64,000 bases of DNA from Fimbriosthenelais zetlandica (Eukaryota). The position numbers and the translations under genes were made by a program. Below, one piece after another: positions 23,942-37,299 of this stretch. The stretch lies in the NCBI GenBank assembly GCA_977030845.1, contig OZ365110.1:39804001-39868000 (forward strand), in the 5' to 3' direction. The stretch's first letter is position 1; each line of letters starts with the position of its first letter. The notes under the pieces are model-generated. The model made no database searches, was not told where the DNA came from, and saw only the letters and a list, made by a program, of their open reading frames with translations.

Positions 23942-25983
23942 CATCCACTGGTGGTGGTCAGCCCTATAATGGGGCTTTTTCACAGTTGACACAGTTGACC
24001 TTGGTCCAGCTGTGATCATCTTGGTGTGTGCTCGGAATATCAATAGTCTATTTTGCCAGCAGTTGGCGTGTGAAAAGTCAAATATAAACTCTATAAAACC
24101 TTGGTGCTGCTCTTTCGCAGGTGGAATGGAGTTGTAATTTGTAATTTTGGAATATCATAACTTTAATATGTTTACGTATATTTCCCCATTACCATCCACG
24201 TATAAAAATATTGTAAAATTCTCTTAAAGGTTGTTTCTTAAAATCGAAATAAGATGACGGATAAACTGTTGTATTTTCAAATGTATTAATTAATATCATG
24301 ATTTTAATATGTTCTGACATATTTCCCCATCCATATAGCCTAGGCTAGAACTTGAGAAAAAATCTGAGAAAAAATATGAAAAAAGGGAATATTAAAAAAA
24401 TATATACAAAGACATAATAGTAGAATTATTCCATGTAGTTGTGGTAAGGAAGAAACCGCAAGCTATATCACTTCCCATGAAATATGTGGAAAAAAACATT
24501 TGCTTGCCATATTAGCTTCAGGGAAAGCGTGTGTTGGCGCGCCATGGAAAGTTCTGGGAAAAAAACTACCCCTCGCTTTGCCCTGTTATGAAGGCTCTAC
24601 ACCCAGGGCTGAGCGCAGACGTTGTCAGTGGCGCTCTATAATTTTCCACATGTCAGATCTGTGATGTGGAAGATCCATAGCTCGGCCTACTCAAGCTTCA
24701 GGACGCTTGACCTTTTCTGATTGACATCCTATGGATTTTGTGACATTTCTTTTTTGCCTCCTGGTTATGATCCCAATGCTTTTGTTGGTGCTATCAGTCC
24801 AATGGTAAAGTGTGGAACTGCTACATGTATATCAACATTATGACAGGGGGTGATCTAATGGATTTTTTAATTTGAAAAAAAATGTTTAGAAGTTTCTTGC
24901 ATAGTGAAAGGGCAGTAAATCAAGTGATGCAATGTGAGATTCATATGCCAAGAGTCCCCCAGATATTATCAAAAGTCAATAGAAAACTGTCTTTCCACAG
25001 GAGAAACTCACTGGAGTAAAATAGTAGGGAAAGTGGCCACTTTTCGTAAGCTGTCACTGTATAAACTGTGGTAAAGCTCACTGTACAGTGCTGTCAACTA
25101 TTTCACATGACTGCACCCTACATGGTGCAACACTGCCCCATATATAGGCCTACTAGAATGGACGCAGATAAGACGTCTGTTGAAGCTGTTCTGAAAGCCT
25201 CTGAGTCTGCTTTCTGCATGAAATTTACCTTTCTATTGAGTAAATGTACCTCCCTTCATAAATTCAAGATCAACTGAATTTTCTTCAGTCTATTATTATG
25301 CACCCCGCCCCCTTGGACCAATCCCTGGGGGTTGCTGTGGGAAGGGATGTCTCTGCACCAATTAGACAAAGCCCAGGAATCATGAAAGTCATTAATGGAT
25401 GGTCCCAGCGCTGACTGCAGTCATCATATGCTGCAATACCCAGGAGGCCTCTTCCTATCAAGTGTTACCCCCGACACCATGCAGTGACTATATCATCTTA
25501 GTTTTTCCATAATAATTGGAGTTGGTATCTACTCCAATGCTAATAAGTAACCACTGAAAGAAGCTAATGGGATATCATGTACCATGGTCCCCTACAGGCC
25601 ACCAACTGAGCAGATGAATAATCTCCAATGACAACATAACATTATAGATAATTAGTTACATGAACGCCCAATTTACGTCTTGCAATTTCCTCCGCATTAC
25701 TTTTAATAATGTACATTATAGTGTTTTTCCACACTGTGGATATATGGGTTGAATTTCGCAGTAACAAGAGAGATATAGTTCAGGTTCTCCACAACCTCTG
25801 TACCAAGTAATACATTGGTACAGAGACGCCACTAAACCGACATTTGAGCCGATAATAAAAACAAAACACTTCTTTTAGATCTCGCAAACCCCGATTTTCA
25901 CTCGAGTAATCCAAATACATATTCACCAGGTTCTGCAGGCTATCAAGCATGGGTGCTTTCGGGCTGCAACAGTCAAAAAAATA

Positions 25984-26015
25984 CAAATTTGGCTCAAAAC
26001 AAATTTGGCTCAAAA
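25984..26015. repeat. Perfect 16-bp tandem duplication CAAATTTGGCTCAAAA x2 inside a CpG-richer repeat-like block (about 25760-26090)
   Basis: Directly readable. Confidence 0.9.
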
Positions 26016-26380
26016 CAGGAGAAAATGGGAATACTAGGAAAAATAGGAATCTTGACACGCTGATTTCATCGCCTTAGTGGATCCAAGGCTTAACTATGGG
26101 GCAGCTAAAGCTAATTATCGCTGGTGTTTGACGTTGCAAATTAACTCGCGGTACTTGGCCACATTTCTGACAAGACCAATAGTGTTATTGGGACTAGAGC
26201 TGCTCAGCACTCAGGTGTGGTAGAGGTGGTAAATTACCACTAATTAAGGACTGCCTTCTCAGGCCATGCTCCCATGTCAGGGTCACTCCTTCAACTGAGT
26301 GAGTGGGGCTTATACATCTCATGTATGGTAGTAATCAGGTAGAGGTATTCATTACATGTTACCTGCTATGGTACCGCTCC

Positions 26381-26595
26381 ACTGGATTTTGTACCTCATC
26401 TGCCTCAAGTGTAACTGCACTAGCAGGGGGATGCTATCTGAGAGGGGTGCCTATATATTGAGCTGTATTAGCGAGAGGTGTCTCAGATATGGCAATTGAG
26501 GCCCATATATTATACATATGTCAGCCACAATTTAGGTCTAGTTGCAACAAAATGGCAACAATCGCAAGGCAAAAGAACCCCAGTGGAGCTACCCC
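26381..26595 (+). repeat. Dispersed repeat family, copy B (possibly extending to about 26761)
   Basis: Colinear with copy A. CGCGAGACCT also follows both copies (near 18265 and 26753). Confidence 0.75.
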
Positions 26596-27699
26596 TTTGT
26601 GGTAACCTAGATATCGCAGTTAAAAGCTATGATAGGCTTTCTCTGAAGGCAGCTGATGCAAATATATATTTCATGAAACATGATTAATGTCATTTCGCTC
26701 AGAAATATACAATTCAGTTTTCAACAAAAAGCCCAGGGCACCCCCAGTAACCGCGAGACCTTAGCTAGGCAACACTATCGAATGGTTCACAGATGACCGT
26801 ACCAAAACGGCGTGCATTTGGCAAAAACCTTATTCCGCCGTAATTTACTTCTAATAGGTATCCCACAAATGCCCGCGCAGGGTGTCCAAAAACGTAAACA
26901 ATGCTCAAAATGACCTAAATTCAATCGCCACTGACTGCTTTGTGAAAGACAGATACTTGACATGGTATATATCATATGAATCGCCAAATCTTCGTCTTTC
27001 TAATGGTGTATAACATATCGCAAAGCTTCAATGAAACAATAGCTTAAAGGCCGTTAGAAGATGGCAAGGTTTTGCATGAAATCCGAGTTTTGTCACATAA
27101 ATCTCACTGATTCAATTTTGTGACTTGTATTCAAGCTAATATTCCCATCGCGCCATAAAAAGTAGAAATGTATGGATTGTTTCTGCCAAGAGGGAACATT
27201 CTAGACTTAGTTTAGTCATTTGAAACTTTTTTCTACGACAATTTTAAGTTAACTTTCTGATCATTTGAAATATTAAATTCAAAATTGCAGTCAGTTGCAA
27301 TAATCTTTGGCGAAAGTTTCAAATACCATTACGTAGCCGAAAGTGTTTTCTATCAAATGTATATCTCAGTTTTAAGCTGTCTTTCATGGCGTAGTGGAAA
27401 AATGAAGTTTTGTAACTAGCAATGTAGCGCCAATTGGCAGGCAGCGCCCTGCACAGTGAGAAGAAAACGCTCTCACAGGAGTAAGTATTTAACTCACATT
27501 CGCGAAAATTATACATGTTTATGATGTGGAATCTAAGAATATAGTAAGCAGAACTGTCAAACATTTCCGCCAACCAGGGCGAATCAGAATAGAAAAGAGT
27601 GCGGAGGAGCCACACCTGGGACAGCGGGCAGTAGTCTACCGCTATCAGTTGTAGCCATGTGATATGGTCATTAATAATATAATTATAGACATAATAAAA

Positions 27700-28710
27700 A
27701 CAATAAAAATGTTCAAAATGTCCTGCCCTTAATTTTAGTCGTACATCTTTCCATCCATTTCACCTTTCACTTGGATAATAAGCTATCAAAGAACCCCACC
27801 TATGAACCCTCCAAAATGATCATTGGAAATGCGTTTTCTCGGACCAAATATGAACATGGACACTACCAGTTTTCCTCAATCGTCTTGAAAATGTCATATT
27901 CGTGTTTCTTGACCTCGAAAACCTATATGTAGACATATTACAAGCCTTATTAAGCAGTTCAAAAGATCAAAACCTCAAAAATATTTATTTTGGCCGCCAT
28001 TTTGAAAAACCATTTTTTCATAGGTAAAAATTTATCGTAGGTAAAAAATTCCAACGGATTCGTGATCAGCGGACAAAAATGACCTAGAATCCGGATAGCA
28101 TAGCCAAATTTCAGATATACTGAACCTGGAAATGAAGAATGATTTGTTTGCCGCCTCTGCCAGGCCTATGCCCTTGGGACAAAGTGCAAAATCACATGAT
28201 CCGTCCTCTTTGGGTAACCATAATTCGGTGGAAAAACATAGAAAGTACATGGAAAAAATTAAATTGATAGGTAGTAATAGGGTCTATTGTTCCCCATTGA
28301 ATGTAGGAATGTATCTTTGGAAATTTATTATTTATCCCGTGTCAAATATGCTGTTTCAGCCAATTTTGTCTCGTTATATTTGAATGAAAGTCACATTTCC
28401 CAACCGTGTTACGTAATAATTTGTTGAGATAGAACTTCATGCTTTTAAGGTTGAAATCAACTCTATGCAGGGATATGAGAACTCGATTTTTGGGTTTGTA
28501 CATGGAAAAATACAATATTGGCGAAGGCCTAAATATGGTACCTCGCACATTCAATGATAGGGCCGATTTAATCGTTTCGATGGAAATTATTCACAAAATC
28601 GTAAAAAATCAACCGCCCATCATAATTAAAAAAGAAAAAAAGTTTTTTCCATCTCATGTTTTTCTCTTCAAAACAAACCAAGAAATGACGTATTTCATCC
28701 ATTAGATTTT
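27700..28710. mobile_element. Probable non-autonomous DNA-transposon-derived segment
   Basis: Words typical of invertebrate non-autonomous elements (TTGGCCGCCATTTTGAAAA, GACCTCGAAAACCTATATGTAGAC, AAAATGACCTAG); no ORF, termini not defined. Confidence 0.35.
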
Positions 28711-29160
28711 TTTTATGTGGGATACCTACTTCTAATCAGTATTTTGGTCGTTAGTTACTCCTCATACACTTTTCAGGGAGGTTGTTTGATGATACTCAAT
28801 CTTTACCCATCTGAGAGTGATTTGTAATCATTTGTAGGGTGAATCGCTTTTTCTTTTTAGATTTCATTTATAGGATCACCGCTATAGAACCAATACATAA
28901 AAAAAATATAGCAAAGAAAATGTATACCATTTGGCAGTATTATTGTTGGTGAATATTAACTCATTCCGGTGGTTTTATCTGGCACAAAACTAGCTATGAA
29001 CTGTGATGAGATTCAGAAACATTCATTAGTGTTGGAAACCACTCCATCTGCTCCCTCGCAATATGCCACTGTGCCAGGAGTAGCTTCGGTCCAAGTCCCA
29101 AATCTGCCACTCTGTGGTGTCAAACATTGCCAAGTTTTATATTCCCATAAAAAAGCTTCA

Positions 29161-29182
29161 TTTTAACTGGATGTGCCCTCCA
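29161..29182 (+). repeat. 22-bp motif TTTTAACTGGATGTGCCCTCCA, identical at 33966-33987; likely terminus of an interspersed element
   Basis: Exact match at two loci 4.8 kb apart; related cores GGATGTGCCCCTC near 39447 and GAGGGCACATTC (reverse) near 56845. Confidence 0.7.
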
Positions 29183-29699
29183 TACGGCAATATTATGCTA
29201 GTAAATCCTAACAGATGGCACTTTTGAGGAATGAGTTGTAAACAGTTTTTTCAATGTTAGGAAACAGCTCCCATTGTTAATGAATAGCCATGTAAATAAC
29301 ATGTATTTCTTTTTAATAATTGCTTCATCATCATATGTTCCTAGTAACTGTAATAAAATTTTATTTTCCACGAATTGTTTCGATACAAAGTATCAATTTA
29401 AAGGTTTTCTCTCAACTGATTGTTCATATTATGATGCATTTCTGACAATTACACCTAGAATACGGCTATAATATAAGGTCTATTATGGGTCACATAGTTT
29501 GACATGAGTCCAACTGTATCATATAGTTCTGTCTATTGGTTAACCAAGCCTATCAGAGAGAAAATATATATATATGTAACATTCGTCCTTGGCAAAAGAG
29601 GAAAAAAATGTTATATTCGCGCTGATTTCGCGGGTAATTCCCTTTCCATGTTTTCACGAAGATAAAATGGATCCTCGACCTGATTGCTAGACATTATTC

Positions 29700-29986
29700 A
29701 GTGAGGGGAGAAGCGAGCAGCTCCTATAACTATTCACAAAAAGGCTAGTCCATTTATTGTGTGTGAATGCTAATATATGTTATTAACCAGTAAAGTAAGG
29801 CCCAGTGCCTGCAGCTAGCACACACTCCACACACACAGGGCTTGGCTGGGTAGCAGGCAGCTATACCTCTCTCTCTACTCTCTTGTTATTGCCAACAGCC
29901 ATCAGAAGCTATCTCCTTCTCCCACTCCTCCCACATTTGTCAGTTGCTAGCTAACCGTTGGCTTGTGTGTGAATATACCTTTCACC
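29700..29986 (+). promoter_or_regulatory. Putative internal promoter/5' UTR of the MVVIY exon
   Basis: GC-richer block with CA and CT microsatellite-like tracts directly upstream of a Kozak ATG and strong donor; position-based inference. Confidence 0.4.
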
Positions 29987-30003
29987 ATGGTCGTCATTTA
30001 CAG
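29987..30003 (+). CDS. Candidate alternative first coding mini-exon MVVIY(R/S), phase-2 donor
   Basis: CACCATGG Kozak context; ATG GTC GTC ATT TAC AG|GTAAGG (17 nt). Upstream CA/CT-repeat-rich UTR-like sequence; G-run cluster in the following intron. Confidence 0.5.
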
Positions 30004-33000
30004 GTAAGGGTCAATTCATTTACCACTCATTCCACCCCATGTTTGTAAAATCACCACAGGGCAAGGCAAACTGATCTGCGGTGGTCGTTGTCCATGCAGA
30101 ACCCTATAGGCGGGGTCTAATTGTTTCTTGGTTTATTGTGAGATACGATGCCGTGCTTTCTCCTTGAAAATGAGGCTAGGTAAGCAAGGAGCTGGGAGGA
30201 GCACATGTAAGAGCTGCTCGCCCAGGCTATATTTAGATCATACCTAGAAACCGCATGGTAGGAGAAAGCCACTGGCACAAATGTTTTGTGTAGTACTACG
30301 TAATAACGTTTCATTCTGTTAAATACTAAAAGGTTGGGGATGGGTGGGTTTTTATCGTGGGTTGGGTACGTGGGGATGGGTTGGGGGTGATGCGACAAAG
30401 GGTTGTCGCCATGTTGTTTCGAGGTTCAGCACTGTATAGAGAAAGCAATTATTGATGCTTTGCCCAGGCTTAAGCCTTCATCGAGGCTTATAGGCAAGGA
30501 TTGGACCCGTCTAATGACTTAGATGGTCTAGCAATGTGTTCAGCAGTAAATTATTGAACATCTCGATATAAATATTCCCAATAGTAGCCACACCCAATGC
30601 GGGTACTCCCAAGTAGCTGGGTTGATAATGGGGTAGGCACGAAGCTAGGCTTATTTGCCAAGCACTTGTAGCAAAAAGATAACCATCAGTCGGGCAGAAA
30701 GTGCTACATTTATCCGATGTAATATGTAATACTTTGCATTGTATTCTATAGATATATCGTATATTACATTCTTCTATATATACTGGAACAATTGGCTGCA
30801 TGTTGTTATATCCCATGGGGTATGTCAAGTGTACATCTACATTTACTTCTCATATTTTTGTTTCAAATATATATAATGTGTACTGAGTATAATATATCAC
30901 ATAAATATAATAGTTACATACAAATTTAGTGCCAAAACAACTATATATTATATCAGGAACAATATAATAGAAGACAAATATTGTTTTGCAGTCACGTTTC
31001 ATATATATATAACAAGGACTTGTTTCCCTTTCAGAGAGCCTAATTTCTCAGGCCTCTGTATATACAGCCCCGGCCACACAATTATACCAAAATCACACTG
31101 GTGACCTGCTCCACACAATGTAACGGCACATGACAAAAGTTTCTGGTATGTGGAACATGGTTCCAGCGAGAAATACCAGAGAACAATCTCACCACTTGGC
31201 ACATGGCATGCAGGGACATTTGAACAGATATTGATCTGGTCATTTCTCAGCCAAAGCCGCACGCAATGAATGAATGAAAGGTCTCACTTCCCATTATCAA
31301 GATTTCCCGAGGTTAAATTTTTTAAAATTAAAACCACAATGAATGATTCAGATTTTGAATTCATGTAATTTCTGTGGATTTGTTAGCATTTAAGCAATGC
31401 AACCTTATTCAACATGGAAATTATTCATCATTTTGTCTTGAGTTGAATATTTTCTTTAACGTCCAGTCAGCAATATTTCAACGATTTCAGGACGAAAGAA
31501 AACAAGCTGTCGGTACATAATGACCTGCTCTTCTCGAACATTTCTTTTCCATGCCTCTCACCTGTCTTCGATAGCCCAGTCATTCAGCACTGGGTATTTT
31601 ATCTTGGATATGGAACAATCTTTCATTTCCCTTGATTTCATACAAAATATATTTCCTGGCCTATATCAGAACAAAAATCTTCCCCTTTCAATCCTTGAAC
31701 TTTACTGAGGTTTACTTCTACTTCAAACTCAAGGAATATTTAACAATTACATGCATGGCTCTGTTGCCAGTTTTACCAGCCCAGACCTCACTACCTTCTT
31801 TCCATTTTTAACAGCCATGCATGCCAATGCACATCTGTTGTTTACAGACTTTTCAAAACCACATGCGGAGAACCATGATATATCATCCAACATGCTCACT
31901 TCCCAACATTCAAAAATGATCAAAAGATTCTAGTTCCCTCCCCAAGTTTCTCCCACACGTTTTAGTTTTTACCCACATGGCGATCCTACCTCATTAAGAT
32001 TCTGATTAATATGAATCTGATTTCGTTTAATAAAACGGCTGGAACTCCTGCCATTTTAATTTAAGATGGCTTTTAACAAGCTCTCGAGGCATGGCTTCAA
32101 AACACTGGAGTATGCATTGTTCCACTAAAGCGATAGTAAAGCGATAAAGGAACACACTGTAATTTCGCTTGGGACTGTTTATATAAAGCGAAAAAGTTTA
32201 ATTATCGATTATGGAACCGATCTAGAGGAAATAAGTTCTTTCAGGTGATAACCATATTCCCGAAGATAAGAGAGGATTGTCTCTCTTGTTATCGCTTCAC
32301 ATTTCGGTAGAGTGCAGTCTCTGTGGATATTAATTACACCAATGCATTACTCGGTACATAGGCTAGGTTGGAGGCCAATCGGAAAAAAATATTTAATATC
32401 ATATTGGTGGAGTAGAGAAGGCTAAGACAGGACTAGCACTGTTCAGGGCTGCATGTTTGAGCTCATATCTGAAGAATGAACTGAATCACTGTTTTTCTAC
32501 ACCGGCTCAGCTGTGGTTTTTTTGGCGTGCAACAGAAAAGATGGGAGCAGCACGTGGGATGAGAGCCAAAGATAACTATACCTTGAGTCAGTATAGCCTA
32601 CAGGCCTACAGAGAAAGATACAGGCCTAGTCATGTGGGACATGTATGTAATCAATCAATGTAAGTAAGCTGGGGCACCATCGGGGTATTGACCGATAGAT
32701 TATTATAGACAGGGGAATTCATACAAAACAATAAGTATTAATGGCTTGTGGATCTCGGGCAAATATTACTGACTTGTGGATATGGGGCAAATATATTATT
32801 TGATGGAATATATCTCTGAATAAGTCAAATTCTTCATTGTCAAATTCGAATGTTCCATTAGATTTTTAAACAATGTATCCGTTCCTAGCTAAACTAATAA
32901 TTACTAATTATCTCCTGTTGTGGCAAAGGCTTATAATTATTTTTATACATTGCATTAAGCATATCATCAAAAATCCTCTGCATTCCTTTTGACTAATTCA

Positions 33001-36000
33001 AGAAAAAAACCTAGGGGGCGTCTAGAGAGAAAAATTTCCTTGTGCCTCGTACCTCACTTTGTATCAGTTCGGTATGTGACAAAATTGTTAGCATGGAAAT
33101 GAGGAGGAAAATAACAGACAGAGTAGACCAGACCTATACCTTTCATCCTCCGGGCAGGTCATTGTCATTCGTGAAAAAAAGGCGAAACACAACCCCACAC
33201 ACCATCAGTTTGTCATTTACCGCTATATAAATAGACCCACCCAACACAATAAACCAAAATATGGCCTACTAGAATTATATCCATCATACTCCAATAGTTT
33301 TTGTATTGTCCATGAATAATTGCCTTAGAGTATAGAGATTAGCGGAATATGCTGGATAAAGATTAGTTTGACGTTTGATGGATGTGACTATCGTATTTTC
33401 TATGAAGATGGTAGTTTAGGTGCACGGCCTTCTTCAATTCTCAGATTCTACACCAGATGTCAGGGCAGTATAAATGATAGCAGCTGTCCGACCATCAAAC
33501 TATCACAAAATTGGTCACATCTGAATTATGACAAATTTCTAGGTTTATACGATCATGAGGGCCTTTTCACCAATTGTGAAGTATTATTCTTAGTGGATAT
33601 ATTTTGTTTTTCGTATCATAAATAGAGCATCACTTACTGATATATTTACTAATTCTCTAGTCATCTTATTGAGGGAGATGGTCAATGGATTTTTAGACAT
33701 GTAATTCACAGAAACTATGTAACATATCATGTGAATCTAAATGGCAGGCAGGCAGGGTGTGGCCATATTAAATACTCGGGTGCAATATTTATTAAGTGAC
33801 ATATCCCTCCATGTGTCCACGCCTGTGTTTATCTTAATACAAACATAATGGCCAACTAACCGGTGTGTACCATACTGAGAGTGGTAGCAATACATCTTAT
33901 TGTAAGTTTTTATTTTCAAATCATAATTTTCCACAATTAAGTTTCATCATCCATGTAAAAAGAAGTTTTAACTGGATGTGCCCTCCAGTATTTCCTATCA
34001 GTTGCTTCAATTTGGCGACTGAAGTTGATATATAAAGTTCAGTTTAGCGCCATTTCAATAGCGAATAGCAATATTTTTTATTTGGGAAGGAATGTTTTAT
34101 TATAAAACAAATGTATCTCTAGATCTATATCAGACATGCTTAAAGCTCTTGTGCCAAACAGAAGTTAAATTCCCGTAGTCGTACTAATTGACCGGGTACT
34201 TGGTTATATTGAGCAATAGCAGCCAAGAGAGCAGTATCTGGCTGTCTAGCAGCAGTCATGAGTTTTTCATTGCTAATTAAAGTGGGGGATGTATGCTCTA
34301 ACGTTGATCCAGCCTGTGCATGCATGGAGATCTATTATTAGAATGGCCAGTGGTTTCAATAATGCATTACGGTTGTGGTCTGCTCGGTAGATTTGAATTT
34401 CAAAGAAGGCATGCTGTGCACTAAATTGCGTGCCGATTGAAATTTTAATGTCAAATCTTGACTTTTGTATTATTTTCTGAGAAACAATCCATGCATTAGG
34501 AGTTGCATAATAACCCTGGGTTACAATATTGATTGTGCTTCGTGAGTTAAGAAGCGTTCATGAATATTGTCTGCAAATTTAACATATTTGGGCCCAACGG
34601 GTGCCCGTTGCTGGGAAATGATTGTACAAATTTGCCCAATTTTACACATTTGTTATATTATCTATGACACATTATTTGCCTGATTGTACAACTTTTACTT
34701 ACATTTGACATATTATTGGCTTTGATAGACTTTACTGATCTGGAACATATTTATAATGTTAGACTACATGTCAAAGCTCAATACTGAAGATGCATTGCAC
34801 GGATTGAAACATGGAGAATTAGATTAGTTTCAATATGCATAAATATTGCATCACCTAATCACTACACTGCTGCCTTCGATCTTCCACACTAAACCATGTA
34901 TTAGCTCAGTTTTGATTTATCATCTGGGGAGTATGTAGGCCATCAGTGGATCTTGCCATTATGGCATGTTATGTAGTAACAAATGATCGTTCCCCTGTGG
35001 TTCTGACAGGCCTTTGCTCCCCAATATTGAGGAGAGCTCAGCTTTCCTTTACCAGCATCTGGTCACGATTCACTGGCTCTCTTGTCCTGGGTAAACGGAC
35101 CATGTAAAAGGTAAAGTAAGGATAAGATGGGACTGATGAAAATCATGACAATGACAGTCATGATTTGTCATTGACAGTATCAGTCGTGATATGTATGGCT
35201 AGATCAGCTGACTTTATATGTCAGGTTTTTTTTAACTGATTTGGGAAATAACACAAATGTACAAGACCCTTTGGGCGCTGCACATTTGATTGTGAAATTC
35301 CCTCCCAGAATATTTGAGGAATTCATTGGGCAAGTCTTAAGTAATCAGGATTTGGGATATATTGTATGGTTTTTTGATATAACTTTCTTAAGTCATTTCC
35401 AAGAAAGTTGACGTGTGATTTTAATTTTTAATGTTGACTAGCTTATATACCCAGTACCACTTCTTGCATCAAAGAGACCTACATGTAAACTGTATACTAC
35501 ATACGCCTGAGGGATTAAACAATCTTCAAAGTATATTTAGAACTTGAAGAAGACAATGGCAGATATTGTTTAGTACATTACCGTTCTGCTTCATGGCACC
35601 TGTTCTAAATATGTCACTTTTCACAGCAGGTTGAAGAGTTTGAGGATTTTACAAGCATATGATGAAATATTTTCATGTCTATGACATATTTGACGGTTTT
35701 ATGATTGTTTTGGTGGAAATCCCACTGTGCCTCCAATAGGTAGCAATCATTACACCAGTACATATATTGATCATAAACCAGGATTGGCATGATATATCTG
35801 GGGAACATCAGGTATATTTATAAGTATATTCTTACGTCATTACTAGAATATTTCACTCTTATAAAAATAAGAGGAAATATTGTTATCGGGTTTAATTAAT
35901 TTCTTACTTTTTTGCATTTTTAACATTTAGATTCCTGTCACCATCTGCGAAAGCAGGTGATTTAAATGTAATGAATTTAATAATTCGATGAGCTCCAATC

Positions 36001-36519
36001 AGAGCAGGGGCTTAATCAATATGGTTTAATACTTCCATAATGAAATCTTAAACCCGGGTAATCGATATGGTTAAATACTTAAATATTACACATATTGGTC
36101 TGACTATATAGAAATTAGACACACATCCTCTATATAATAGTTCCACAGTAGAGAGGTTGGTAGGGGGAAATATCTGCCTTGATAATAATCAATTAGACCT
36201 CTTGATGTCTACCTTTATAGCTACCTACTGTAGCTCCTGCCTCCTGGCATCACCATGACAACCACACAAATGATCACCTGTCTAGACAGTCAGGTGTGAG
36301 GAGTAACCCCCATCAGGGCCTCTACTTCACACTGGGTCATACCATTCAACTAGGTCAGTGGGTGGAAGGCTATTTCAGTCACCACAAAACAGCCATAAAT
36401 TCCCCATTAATGTCTACCCCACCCAAAGGGCGAGTACCTGGGTATGTGAGTTGAATATTTTAAGCAATATTTAAGTAAAATCAGCTTTAAATAAGGTATG
36501 AATGTGTAAATTAAGGGTA

Positions 36520-37117
36520 TGTTTACTACTGGAACCCCCCTAGTCAGATGAAATTAGGTAGGTCCACTAGGCCAAGCTTTGCATGGTAGGTGTATAGGAG
36601 GGAGGCGCGGAATCTCTGGTGGTTCACGCGGGGGTTTGTGAAGAGAGAGAGAGAGAACGCCTACTGTCCAGTGATGCTCACATCACAGACATAGATACAA
36701 CAACCAGCAGCTGGCAACGCTCGCATGGACCTTCCCTGTTAACAGCCCTAGTGTGGATCGTATAGGGATTAAAGCACGTACATTTAAAGCTGCACTCAGT
36801 GTGAGTGTATTGAGATCTTGAGTGAGGCATCTCCCGCGCTCACCAGACTTAAGGTTCAGCCTCCCCCTGCCTTCCACTACTTGAAGGCTGCCACTGGCTT
36901 CCAACACACAGCCAGCAGGAGTTGAGGAGAGCCGCATACATTAAAACGTCTACGGTCGCCCACCCACCCTCCACTCTACTCCCTTAACAATCCTTGCCTC
37001 TACACACGCATACCCAACACACGAGGCCCGGCGTCCATACATATACCACCCAAAACACTGCAGCTTTAATAGCACACACTAACCTTGGATTATAAGCGAA
37101 TTGAATAGAACAAGACC
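36520..37117 (+). promoter_or_regulatory. Putative internal promoter/5' UTR of the MAEDS exon
   Basis: CpG-containing, GC-richer block with a (GA)n tract (about 36642-36656), E-box CAGCTG near 36706 and short uORFs, directly upstream of the 37118 ATG. Confidence 0.45.
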
Positions 37118-37299
37118 ATGGCGGAGGATTCAGCTATGGAAGCTCAGCTTGAGTCACAGATTCAGACGACTGAGGTGGTTGAGGAACAGTCGGAGACCAG
37201 CCTTATGAATGTCAGTAGTGAAAGCAAAACAGAGCAAGTTAAGGTGGTCCAGAAGAGGCACATTATAGTGGACATGAATGGGACATCTTCCAAGTTTAT
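37118..37299 (+). CDS. Candidate alternative first coding exon, MAEDSAMEAQLESQIQTTEVVEEQSETSLMNVSSESKTEQVKVVQKRHIIVDMNGTSSKF, phase-2 donor
   Basis: Kozak-like ACCATGG; protein-like acidic 60-codon frame; donor AT|GTAAGT at 37299/37300 (182 nt = 60 codons + 2). Preceded by about 500 nt of GC-richer promoter/UTR-like sequence. Confidence 0.7.

Noticed and set aside
20901-23972. Canonical CArG boxes at 20901, 21769 and 23963 around the large exon (possible muscle/SRF control)
   Set aside because: About five CC(A/T)6GG sites are expected by chance in 64 kb at this composition.
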